Below, one piece after another: positions 9,589-17,766 of a DNA stretch of 58,030 nt. The stretch's first letter is position 1. Each line of letters opens with the position of its first letter. Location of the stretch: the NCBI GenBank assembly GCA_036274615.1, contig DASUFK010000078.1, positions 1-58,030 on the forward strand, given 5' to 3'. Position numbers and translations under genes: made by a program. The notes under the pieces were generated by a model. The model had not been told where the DNA came from. It ran no database searches and saw only the letters and a list, made by a program, of their open reading frames with translations. Source of the stretch: Gammaproteobacteria bacterium (lineage in GTDB: Bacteria > Pseudomonadota > Gammaproteobacteria > Steroidobacterales > Rariloculaceae).

Positions 9589-10343
9589 GCAAGGGAGCGC
9601 ATCAGGCGCTCTACGATCGGATCGGCGTGGGATACGCGGCGCTGCGGCGGCCGGATGCCCGCCTCGCCGCGCGGATCGATGCCGCGCTGGGCGAGTGCCG
9701 CAGCGTACTGAACGTAGGCGCGGGCGCCGGCTCCTACGAGCCCGCGGATCGGCTCGTGGTTGCGGTCGAGCCGTCGGCCGAGATGATCCGGCAGCGCCCC
9801 GGCGGCGCCGCGCCAGTCGTCCAGGCATCCGCGAACGAGCTGCCGTTTCGGGACCGCTCATTCGATGCCGCGCTCGCGATTCTCACGGTCCATCACTGGC
9901 CGCGCCGCGATCGAGGGTTGGCCGAGATGCGACGTGTGGCCCGCGAGCGCGTCGTGATCTTCACCTGGGATCCGGCGCATGCCGGCTTCTGGTTGCTGCG
10001 CGAATACTTCCCAGAGGTACTCGAGCTCGACCGTCCTGCCTTCCCGTCGTTGCGCGAGATCGAGATGACGATCGGCCCTGCTATCGTTCATCCCGTGCCG
10101 GTCCCGGCCGACTGTTCCGACGGATTTCTCGGCGCGTATTGGCAACGCCCGGCCCTCTACCTCGACAGGCATGTACGCGATGCGATATCCGTGTTCTCGA
10201 AATTCGACTCGAGCGCGGGTCTCGCGCGCCTGCGGCGCGACCTCCGCGACGGAACGTGGCTCGCCCGGCACGCAGCCTTGCACGGGCTCAGGGAGCTGGA
10301 CGTGGGCTATCGCCTGATCGTCGCGCATTGCGAGGCGAGATGA
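9585..10343 (+). CDS. class I SAM-dependent methyltransferase
   Basis: ATGA overlap with the upstream gene. Motif I 'VLNVGAGAGSY'. Size typical of the Methyltransf_11 family. Confidence 0.8.
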   Translation: MSKGAHQALYDRIGVGYAALRRPDARLAARIDAALGECRSVLNVGAGAGSYEPADRLVVAVEPSAEMIRQRPGGAAPVVQASANELPFRDRSFDAALAILTVHHWPRRDRGLAEMRRVARERVVIFTWDPAHAGFWLLREYFPEVLELDRPAFPSLREIEMTIGPAIVHPVPVPADCSDGFLGAYWQRPALYLDRHVRDAISVFSKFDSSAGLARLRRDLRDGTWLARHAALHGLRELDVGYRLIVAHCEAR

Positions 10344-10822
10344 AGCGATCTTATGTGCAAACTGTTTACGAAGCTGCCGGCGGTCACGACGGCCTACTAC
10401 GATTGGCCGGAGCCTGGCATGCCCGCGTTCTACAAGATGAAGTGGTGAGCCACGCGTTCAGTCACGGCTACCACCCACGACACACCGAGCGGCTGGCCGC
10501 GTACTGGGCGGAGGCGCTCGGCGGTCCAACGGCCTACTCCGACAGCTACGGCGACGAGACCACCGTCGTGCGCATGCACAGCGGCAACGGTCCGCACGAC
10601 GACATGGACCGGCGCGCAATCGCGTGCTTCGATCGGGCGCTCGAGGACGCCGGCCTCGCGCGCGACGAACGGCTCCGGCGCGTGCTACACGACTACTTCG
10701 CGTGGGCCACGACCACGACGATGGCTCGTTATCATCGCTCGGCGGACGACGTGCCGAATGGTTTGCGCATTCCCAAGTGGTCGTGGCAAGGGCTCGTGAG
10801 CGAGGAGAACCCGCGTGTGTGA
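10340..10822 (+). CDS. glbO: group II truncated haemoglobin (GlbO-like)
   Basis: ATGA overlap with the methyltransferase stop. 'VYEAAGG...L..L...WHARVLQDEVVSHAF' and 'LAAYWAEALGGPTAYS' are typical of 2-on-2 globins. Confidence 0.75.
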   Translation: MKRSYVQTVYEAAGGHDGLLRLAGAWHARVLQDEVVSHAFSHGYHPRHTERLAAYWAEALGGPTAYSDSYGDETTVVRMHSGNGPHDDMDRRAIACFDRALEDAGLARDERLRRVLHDYFAWATTTTMARYHRSADDVPNGLRIPKWSWQGLVSEENPRV

Positions 10823-10955
10823 GGAGGCTGCCTGAGTATCCTGATAGGCGTGGTTCTGGCCATCGCCGTCGGCGCCTTCACCACTCTCGTGGGGCTACAC
10901 CGAGACCGCGCGCTGTACCGCGTTCGGGCGCGTGCGAGCGACGCCGGCGCCTCCC

Positions 10956-11483
10956 ATGGGCCCCGTTGAGCTGATCGCGCCGCGCGGCGACCTTGAGTTT
11001 AGCCACCGGGCGTTCGTGGAGGAGTTTCGCGAGAGAGGCGAAGAGCTGGTGCCCTGGGTGCTTGGCGAGCCGAGCAGCGACTTCGCCGAATATGCGGCGA
11101 GATTGAACGCGGCGGCCAAGGGAATCGGCCTCGCGCCGGGGTTGGTGCCTCACTCCACGTTTTGGCTGCTCGATGGTGCCGGAGAAATCGTCGCGGTGTC
11201 CAATCTTCGGCACGCGCTCACCGACTACCTGCTGGAATGGGGCGGGCACATCGGCTACGGCGTGCGCCCGTCGATGCGCGGCAAGGGATATGCCACGGAG
11301 ATCCTGCGCCGCACGTTGAAGGAAGCGCACGCGATTGACTTGCGGAAGGTGAGGATCGTTTGCGACAAGGACAATACGGCGTCGGCGCGAGTAATTCTTC
11401 GCAATGGAGGCCAATTGGATGACGAACAGCCCATGCCCGGGCAACGGCGCATAGTTTCGCGTTACTGGGTCTCGCTGAGGTGA
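10956..11483 (+). CDS. GNAT family N-acetyltransferase
   Basis: ORF 10932..11483. 'GHIGYGVRPSMRGKGYATEILRRTL' is an acetyl-CoA binding motif A. Start at 10932 or 10956. Confidence 0.8.
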   Translation: MGPVELIAPRGDLEFSHRAFVEEFRERGEELVPWVLGEPSSDFAEYAARLNAAAKGIGLAPGLVPHSTFWLLDGAGEIVAVSNLRHALTDYLLEWGGHIGYGVRPSMRGKGYATEILRRTLKEAHAIDLRKVRIVCDKDNTASARVILRNGGQLDDEQPMPGQRRIVSRYWVSLR

Positions 11484-11511
11484 CGGAGCGGCTCCGTAAG
11501 TCGTAGAGTCG

Positions 11512-11790
11512 ATGCTCCATCTGCCGGACGTCGTCATGAACAAGCCACGCACAGACTTCTGGTTTCGGGTCAAGCGCTACGGCTGGGGCTGGGGACTGCC
11601 GGTGCGTTGGCAGGGTTGGGCGGTGCTGGCCGCCTACTTTGCGCTGCTCTACGGGGGCATCCGTTATCTCGCCGGAGGGCAGCACGTCGTAGGCCTCGTC
11701 GTGTATCTGATCGGCATAACGGTGGCGATGATCGCGATCGTCGTCGCCAAAGGCGAACGCCCGGTGGGATGGCGATGGGGAGGGAACTAG
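11512..11790 (+). CDS. small integral membrane protein (hypothetical)
   Basis: 92-aa ORF with two hydrophobic helices (WAVLAAYFALLYGGI, VVYLIGITVAMIAIVVA). No family recognised. Confidence 0.5.
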   Translation: MLHLPDVVMNKPRTDFWFRVKRYGWGWGLPVRWQGWAVLAAYFALLYGGIRYLAGGQHVVGLVVYLIGITVAMIAIVVAKGERPVGWRWGGN

Positions 11791-11826
11791 CCTGACGCGC
11801 TCGCAAGCCCGGAATGACGTGAATCC

Positions 11827-12291
11827 ATGAAGCCGCAGTCGCACGAAGGCAATTGCCACTGCCAATCGATCGGCTTCGTATTCCGCACCGCCGTTGCGCC
11901 GGAGCAGTGGCCGATTCGTTCCTGCTCGTGCACGTTCTGCCGCACGCGCGGCGTACTGTCCACGTCCGATCCGGCGGGCTCGCTGCGATTCGTGGAGCGG
12001 GTGCCGCGCACGCTGCACGCCTATCGGTTCGGGCAGAAGACGGCCGACTTCCTGATCTGCCGCAATTGCGGCACGTACGTGGGCGCGAGCATGCAATCGG
12101 GCAACCGCGCCTTCGGCATCGTCAACGCGCGCGTCCTCCTTTCGCTTGCAGCGCGATTCGCCGAGCCGCAGCCGATGAATTACGGCGGCGAGAGCAGCGC
12201 CGACCGGCTCGCGCGGCGCGAGAGCCGCTGGACGCCGCTCGAGCTCGAGCCGCCTTTGACGGCGCCGGCGGTTCGCGTGAAGCGCCGCTAG
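11827..12291 (+). CDS. GFA (glutathione-dependent formaldehyde-activating / CENP-V) family protein
   Basis: Cys clusters 'GNCHCQS', 'CSCTFCRTRG' and 'CRNCGTY' are typical of the GFA zinc sites. Confidence 0.8.
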   Translation: MKPQSHEGNCHCQSIGFVFRTAVAPEQWPIRSCSCTFCRTRGVLSTSDPAGSLRFVERVPRTLHAYRFGQKTADFLICRNCGTYVGASMQSGNRAFGIVNARVLLSLAARFAEPQPMNYGGESSADRLARRESRWTPLELEPPLTAPAVRVKRR

Positions 12292-14087
12292 CGCGGCAGC
12301 GCGAACACGTTGATCGACGGACCGCGGCCCGGCGGCAGGGTGATGCCCGCCGATCTCGTGAGTGCGCCCGTGCCGAGCAGCGCCTCGCCGTTCACCACCG
12401 CGATGTACTGCCGCCCGCCGACGGCATAGGTGATCGTGCTCGTCGACACGCTCGCGCCGAGCGGCTCGGACTGCCACAGCACCTTGCCCGTGTCCTCGTC
12501 GAACGCGCGCAGCACCTGCGCGGTGTCGCCCCAGAACACGAGCCCGCCCGCGGTTGCGAGCACGGCGCCGTTGCCGGCTGCCGAGCCCTCGAAGAGCCGC
12601 TTGATCTCGCCGGTGCGCATGTCGATCTTCGCGAGGCCGGCAAAACGCGCAGGGTCGCCGCCGGGGCGAAGCACGCCGCCGCGATGTCCGCCTTCGCCGT
12701 TCGCGTCGGGGCGCGCCATGTCGAGGCAGTGATCCACGTACGGCACGTACAGCGAGCTCGTGCGCGGGCTGTACGCCGTGGGCCAGAAACTGCGCGTATT
12801 CCAGTAGCACACCACGGCCTGCTTGCCCGGCTTGTCGAGCACGAGATCGCGGTTGATCTTGGCGATTCCGGTCTTGACGTCGATGTCGGCCACGATGAAG
12901 TTCGGCGTGTCGTACGGAAACGGCATCGCCCAGAGGAACTGCCCCGTGGCGCGGTCGTTCACCCAAACGCCGCCGCCCTCGCCCACCGTGATCACGACGT
13001 CGCGCTCGACGCCCTTCGGCACGTCGGGGTTGATCCACTTCACGAAGCGCGGGCTCGGATCCACGACCGTGCGGATCAGCGTCTTCTCGTGATTGATGTC
13101 CATGTCCCAGTCGTCGCCGGGGAGATGCTGGTAGTACCAGACGAGCTCGCCGGTGTCGGGCTTCAAAGCGACGGTGGAGTTGCTGTAGAGATCCGCGGGC
13201 GCCGTCGCCGGGATGGCGTCGGCATTGCCGCCGTGCCGCTCCGCGCGCGTGTTCGGCATCGGATTGGAAATGCCCCAGAACAGCAGCTTGCGCACGGGAT
13301 CGTAGGTGCCGGGCAAACCCCACACCGCGGCGCGCCGCTCGTTCACCGGCGTGCCTGCCCACGACGCGTCGCCGGGCTCGCCCGCGCCCGGCGTCGTGTA
13401 GAAGCGCCACACCTCCTTGCCGGTGACGGCATCGTGCGCGGCGATGTAGCAATTCTTGCGCTCGCTGTTGCAGGTGCGGCCCGAGATCACTTTGCCTTCG
13501 ACCACGATCGCGCCTGCCGTGTGGGTCTCGGGCGCCACGGGCGTGCTCCAGCGCACGGCGCCGGTGCCGGCGTCGAGCGCGATCACCGGGCTCGGCTCGC
13601 CCATCGGCGCCGGCGCGGTGTAGAAGATCTCGTCGCCGTAGATCGCGAGCGCCTTCACACGCGTCGAGCCCGTGTTCGGCGGCGCGTATTCCCAGAGCAG
13701 CTCGCCGGTGGCGGCGTCGAGCGCCCAGACCTTGCTGCCGCTCGTGCGCGAGCCCGGCGTGGTGAGATACATCACGCCCGCGTGCACGATCGGGATCACT
13801 TCGGTGGAGCCGGCCGGCAGCGGCTTCGACCACGCGGTCGCGAGCTTGCTCACGTTGCCGCGATCGATCTGGTCGAGCGGGCTGAAACGCTGTGCGTCGT
13901 AGGTGCGGCTGTACATCAGCCAGTCGGCGGCCGGGGGATTCTTGAGCGTGTCGTCGGTGACGCGCGCCCGCGCCGCCGAGAGCGCGAGCTCGTCGGCACC
14001 GGAAGGTCCGGAGCCCGACGGCTGCGCCGCCGCAACGCCGGCGAGCGTGATGAGCGCCGCGACGCTCGCGATGGACCTGATCATCAA
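12288..14087 (-). CDS. PQQ-binding beta-propeller dehydrogenase-like protein, secreted
   Basis: Signal peptide MMIRSIASVAALITLAGVAAA. 'DWLMYSRTYDAQRFSPLDQI' N-terminus and repeated 'G.l.W' propeller blades. Confidence 0.8.
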   Translation of the reverse strand: MMIRSIASVAALITLAGVAAAQPSGSGPSGADELALSAARARVTDDTLKNPPAADWLMYSRTYDAQRFSPLDQIDRGNVSKLATAWSKPLPAGSTEVIPIVHAGVMYLTTPGSRTSGSKVWALDAATGELLWEYAPPNTGSTRVKALAIYGDEIFYTAPAPMGEPSPVIALDAGTGAVRWSTPVAPETHTAGAIVVEGKVISGRTCNSERKNCYIAAHDAVTGKEVWRFYTTPGAGEPGDASWAGTPVNERRAAVWGLPGTYDPVRKLLFWGISNPMPNTRAERHGGNADAIPATAPADLYSNSTVALKPDTGELVWYYQHLPGDDWDMDINHEKTLIRTVVDPSPRFVKWINPDVPKGVERDVVITVGEGGGVWVNDRATGQFLWAMPFPYDTPNFIVADIDVKTGIAKINRDLVLDKPGKQAVVCYWNTRSFWPTAYSPRTSSLYVPYVDHCLDMARPDANGEGGHRGGVLRPGGDPARFAGLAKIDMRTGEIKRLFEGSAAGNGAVLATAGGLVFWGDTAQVLRAFDEDTGKVLWQSEPLGASVSTSTITYAVGGRQYIAVVNGEALLGTGALTRSAGITLPPGRGPSINVFALPR

Positions 14088-14169
14088 TCCCTTCCTACCG
14101 GCTCAAACCGGTAGAGTAAGAGCGGGCTTGCGCCAAGTCACGCGCCTTGCGACAACGCGCGGCTTCGAG

Positions 14170-14535
14170 TCAGATCTTGCCAATCACTGCGCCAGCGGTG
14201 TCGTCTTTCTTCTTCTGCACGCTCGACGCGAGCGCCTCGGATTGGTTGTACCGCGACATCAAATCCTGGATGTCGAAGTTGCTCATCGCCGTTTTCCCCA
14301 ACTTCGCGGCGCGGACGATCGACTTATCGACGGGATCGGTGAGCTCCTTACCGCCGAGCATCTGTTCGGCCCCGCGCTCCGAGAGCCCCGCCGTGCGCAG
14401 CGCGCTCTTCAAGTATGCGAGGTGGTGCGAACGAACGAGCGAGCCGAACGAGCTCTTGGGCGTGGCCCTAGGCTGGCTCGCGTTTGTCGAAAGTCTTCTG
14501 GCCGTGCCGGTCGTGTTCGAGATGCGCGTCGACAT
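14170..14535 (-). CDS. small hypothetical protein (121 aa) with disordered S/T/R-rich N-terminus and helical C-terminus
   Basis: Internal ATG of ORF 14170..14784, preceded by AAGGGGA. Very high third-position GC in this frame supports coding. The gene is visibly more A/T-rich than its surroundings. Confidence 0.6.
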   Translation of the reverse strand: MSTRISNTTGTARRLSTNASQPRATPKSSFGSLVRSHHLAYLKSALRTAGLSERGAEQMLGGKELTDPVDKSIVRAAKLGKTAMSNFDIQDLMSRYNQSEALASSVQKKKDDTAGAVIGKI

Positions 14536-14622
14536 GCGATCCCCTTGCCGGTCTTCGGCCGGCTGAGTCGTGCGAGTGTCCCGCCGGGTCGGCGAGAACG
14601 TAAGCCCCCCGACATCGCGCGA

Positions 14623-14651
14623 AGGATAGTTACAAGCTTCGGGCAAGTCCA
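14623..14651 (-). promoter_or_regulatory. possible sigma70-type promoter for the small gene (TGGACT-N17-TATCCT on the minus strand)
   Basis: Hexamers read on the reverse strand with 17-nt spacing, about 90 nt upstream of the ATG at 14535. Confidence 0.25.
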
Positions 14652-14686
14652 CGTGTCCGGACGATTCCCGGGCCGCAGCGCACGGC

Positions 14687-15157
14687 TCAACCGACGGATA
14701 CGAGCGCGCTGGGCACGATGAGGATCGCCGACGCGCTATGGGCGTCCGTCTCGAGACGCACGCCGAGCTCGAGCAGGAGGGCACGCATGCGCGTGACCCG
14801 AGCTCGCATCGCGGGCGGCGGCTCCTCGACCTGCACCCCGTCCGGCTCGTCGACGTCGACGCGAATGACGATCGACTCGTCCGAGCCCTCGCCGATCGAG
14901 AGCGCCACGAGCGTCGCGACCGCCCGCTTGCTCACCTGCTGCAGCAGCAGGCTCATGCCGCGATTGATGAGCGTGCCCAAGGCGCTGTCGCAAAAGGCGT
15001 GCGCCACGTCCAACGTTACGCGGCAGGCGATCCCGCTTTCGGCACGAAACACGATGGCGAGATCCCGCAGCATCTCGACGAGGTCGGGCCCCCGTTTCGG
15101 CCCGACCACGCGGGTCCGGCGGGTGCGCTCAATCGAACGGTCCACTGTCCACTCCAT
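14687..15157 (-). CDS. degenerate histidine-kinase-like ATPase (HATPase_c-like) protein, paralog of the upstream gene
   Basis: 'GPDLVEMLRDLAIVFRAESGIACRVTLD' aligns with 'GLDLVVRLRAFCRRFLADTGIRCELTLH' of the neighbour. N-box Asn and G-boxes are not conserved. Start uncertain (15157 favoured, 15292 possible). Confidence 0.55.
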   Translation of the reverse strand: MEWTVDRSIERTRRTRVVGPKRGPDLVEMLRDLAIVFRAESGIACRVTLDVAHAFCDSALGTLINRGMSLLLQQVSKRAVATLVALSIGEGSDESIVIRVDVDEPDGVQVEEPPPAMRARVTRMRALLLELGVRLETDAHSASAILIVPSALVSVG

Positions 15158-15307
15158 AGGAATTCCCTGCGGCGCCGGAACGGCCCGCCATTCGGGGAGC
15201 GCATCGTGGGGCGCACGGTCCCGCATGTGACGTGTGACACCGTAGCTGCCACGTGTCATGCGCCCTCGGCATGGCCGCCGCCGCGGCCGCATGGCCGTTC
15301 GCCGGCG

Positions 15308-16036
15308 CTACGGCTCCTGCGGCGGAAGCAACGGCGCCAGGCCGGCGCGCGGCACGGACACGGGCAGCACCAGCGTGACGGTGAGCCCCCGAACGTTGTT
15401 CTCCACGTCGACGGAGCCGCCGAGAGCGCTCAAGTGCTGCCCGACATTCCATAACCCGAGGCCGTGACGCTCCAGAGCCAAGGGAGGCCGGCGCATGCCT
15501 ACGCCGTCGTCGGCCACGCGAAAGTAGATGAAGCCGCCGTCGAGCAACCCGCTCGAAACGGTGACTCGCGTGGCGCAGGCATGCTTGCGGACGTTCGCCA
15601 GGAGCTCGCACAGGGCCCAATAGACGGCCTCGCACGCCTGTTGACCGAGCGGCATTCGGTCGGTGTGGAGCGTGAGCTCGCAGCGGATGCCCGTGTCGGC
15701 CAGGAACCGCCGGCAGAATGCGCGCAGCCGCACCACGAGATCGAGACCCCACGCGGGGGCGGGGCCCGGCTCGCCCGAGAGGCCTTGCAGTCCCTCGATC
15801 ACCGCTTGCACCTGATCGGCGAGCGCGACGAGCCGGTCCAGCAGATTCTCCGGAGAGATCACCAACCAGTGGCCGGCCGGAAGCTGCTCGCTCGTGCTGC
15901 GGCCCTCGAGCCAGGCGAGCTCCGCGCGCGCCACGGCCAACGCGCCGAGCGCGCGGCCGCAGGCCCGCGCGCCGTTCCACCCGGATCCTGCTCCATGCGG
16001 CGGGAGCGAGCTTGCGCTCGCGCTGTTCGTTTCCAT
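15308..16036 (-). CDS. soluble HATPase_c protein related to HisKA_3-type kinases but lacking an H-box
   Basis: N-box 'CELLANVRKHA', G1 'ADDGVGM', G2 'GLGLWNVGQHLSALGGSV'. No TM segments and no 'HD/HE' phospho-acceptor motif seen. Confidence 0.65.
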   Translation of the reverse strand: METNSASASSLPPHGAGSGWNGARACGRALGALAVARAELAWLEGRSTSEQLPAGHWLVISPENLLDRLVALADQVQAVIEGLQGLSGEPGPAPAWGLDLVVRLRAFCRRFLADTGIRCELTLHTDRMPLGQQACEAVYWALCELLANVRKHACATRVTVSSGLLDGGFIYFRVADDGVGMRRPPLALERHGLGLWNVGQHLSALGGSVDVENNVRGLTVTLVLPVSVPRAGLAPLLPPQEP

Positions 16037-16203
16037 GTACGTCCCCGTTCGTGGACGCGGAACTACTTCCGCGGATGAAAAAGCTCGAACTTAGGCGGCA
16101 AGCGTCCAGGAAGGACGTGTCAAACGGTGTCTTGTTACGTGGGGCCGGGGCGACGCCGGGCCGATTCGCCGCCTCGCCATGCTCGGATGCTAGAGTCCCC
16201 TGC

Positions 16204-17034
16204 GTGGACGAGAATCGACCAGCATCCGCCGCGCCGTCGAGTGAGACGCTTCCAGCGCGGCTAACGCTCGAGCCCATCGGCTTCGTGCGCACGGCGATCT
16301 CCGCGAAGGACGAGGCCGCGCGTCAGCCGCGTGCGGGCGCCAACATCGTCGGCCGCATCGAGCTCATGCCCGGCCGCAATTTCGAGCACGCGCTCGAGGA
16401 TCTCGCCAGCTGGGATTACCTGTGGGTGCTGTTCTGGTTCCACCACAATCGCGGCTGGCGGCCGAAGGTGCTGCCGCCTCGGAGCCGTTCCGGCAGGAAG
16501 GGCGTGTTCGCGACTCGCTCGCCGCACCGGCCCAACCCGCTCGGCATGTCGGCCGTGCGGCTCGAACGCGTCGAGGGCCTCACGCTCCACGTCGCCGAGC
16601 TCGACATCCTCGACGGCACGCCGGTGCTCGACATCAAACCTTACGTGGCCTACACGGACTCGCTCCCGCACGCGCGCGACGGCTGGCTCGCCGACGACGG
16701 CGCCGCGCGCGATCCCATCGCGCCGTTCGACGTCGAGTGGAGCCCGGCCGCGGCCGAGCAGGCCGCCTGGATCGAGGAGCGCACGCAGCTCGCGCTGCGC
16801 GCGCGGGTGAACGCAACGCTCGAGCTCGGCGTCGAGCCGCATCCGTACCGGCGCATCCGCCGCGACGGCGACGGCTACCTGCTCGCCGTCAAGGAGTGGC
16901 GCGTGCGCTTCGAGGCCGACGGACGGCAGGTACGGGTGCGGGAGATCCTGTCCGGCTTCCGCGAGCCGCAGCTCCGCGACACGCGCCCCGAGGTCGGCGT
17001 GCACCGCGAGTTCCGCGCGCGCTATCGCGGATAG
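16204..17034 (+). CDS. trmO: tRNA (N6-threonylcarbamoyladenosine(37)-N6)-methyltransferase TrmO (YaeB family)
   Basis: 'LEPIGFVRT', 'RGWRPKVLPPR', 'GVFATRSPHRPNPLGMSAVRLERVEG' and 'LDGTPVLDIKPY' match the TsaA/YaeB fold. Start uncertain (GTG 16204 or ATG 16075). Confidence 0.8.
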   Translation: MDENRPASAAPSSETLPARLTLEPIGFVRTAISAKDEAARQPRAGANIVGRIELMPGRNFEHALEDLASWDYLWVLFWFHHNRGWRPKVLPPRSRSGRKGVFATRSPHRPNPLGMSAVRLERVEGLTLHVAELDILDGTPVLDIKPYVAYTDSLPHARDGWLADDGAARDPIAPFDVEWSPAAAEQAAWIEERTQLALRARVNATLELGVEPHPYRRIRRDGDGYLLAVKEWRVRFEADGRQVRVREILSGFREPQLRDTRPEVGVHREFRARYRG

Positions 17035-17038
17035 ACGC

Positions 17039-17743
17039 TCAGTTGCGCTTCACCGCCCTGCCGTAGATCTCGATCTGCGCGACGTCGGCCCAGCCGCCCT
17101 GCCCGTGCCCGCTCGCGGGCATCAGGTCGACGAAGCCCACCTCGTCGACGCGGCTCAAGTCCGGCTTCTCCACGAACGCGCCGGTGGTCACGAGCCGCTC
17201 GGGATCGAGCTTGATCCAGCGCACACCGGCCAGCGAGAACTCGCTCGCGAGCCAGTCGAGCGGCGACGCGTCGGTGTGATCGCCCGCGAGCCAGGTGCCG
17301 TCCGCGAGCTTCACGATCGGGCGTATCTCGTGGAAGCCCGAGGTCTTGGTGTTCCATTTGATGCGCGCGAGACCCGTGAGATCGACGAGGCGGGTCTTGT
17401 CGCGGAGCGCGACGGCGCACGGCGTGGTGCACAAGCCGGTCCAGACGTGCGTGGGATTGTTCTCGTCGCCGTCCACGCCGGTGAGCTGGATCTCCGCGCT
17501 CGACGCGCCGTACAGCTTGAGCTCCACGTTCGCGTTCGTGATGCTCGCGGGAGTGACGGGATGCTCGCCCCCGCCCGGGATCTGCTTCCAGTTTTCCTCG
17601 AGGAACAATGGCGGGCGCGTGACGCGGGCCGGAGCGCCGGCGGCTGGAGCCGTCGCCTGGGTCTTCGGCGCCGACGAGCTCTGAGCGCACGCGGCACCGC
17701 CGGCGAGCAGTGCGACGGACGCGAGCACGAGGCGTTTGCGCAT
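17039..17743 (-). CDS. secreted hypothetical protein (beta-rich)
   Basis: 3' part of ORF 17039..18979, starting at MRKRLVLASVALLAGGAACA (signal peptide). No family recognised. Confidence 0.6.
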   Translation of the reverse strand: MRKRLVLASVALLAGGAACAQSSSAPKTQATAPAAGAPARVTRPPLFLEENWKQIPGGGEHPVTPASITNANVELKLYGASSAEIQLTGVDGDENNPTHVWTGLCTTPCAVALRDKTRLVDLTGLARIKWNTKTSGFHEIRPIVKLADGTWLAGDHTDASPLDWLASEFSLAGVRWIKLDPERLVTTGAFVEKPDLSRVDEVGFVDLMPASGHGQGGWADVAQIEIYGRAVKRN

Positions 17744-17766
17744 GAGTCCTCCCGTTGCCATGGCGA

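Noticed and set aside
11218-13833. 871-aa minus-strand ORF and the 753-aa plus-strand ORF (11853-14114) overlapping the PQQ propeller gene and its neighbours
   Set aside because: Both are Arg-rich nonsense translations in alternative frames. The frame 12288-14087 (-) gives a signal peptide and propeller motifs.
15718-16203. Upstream extension of the TrmO ORF into and antisense to the HATPase gene
   Set aside because: The extension is Arg/Pro-rich and overlaps the well-supported minus-strand gene 15308-16036. TrmO homology only begins near LEPIGFV.
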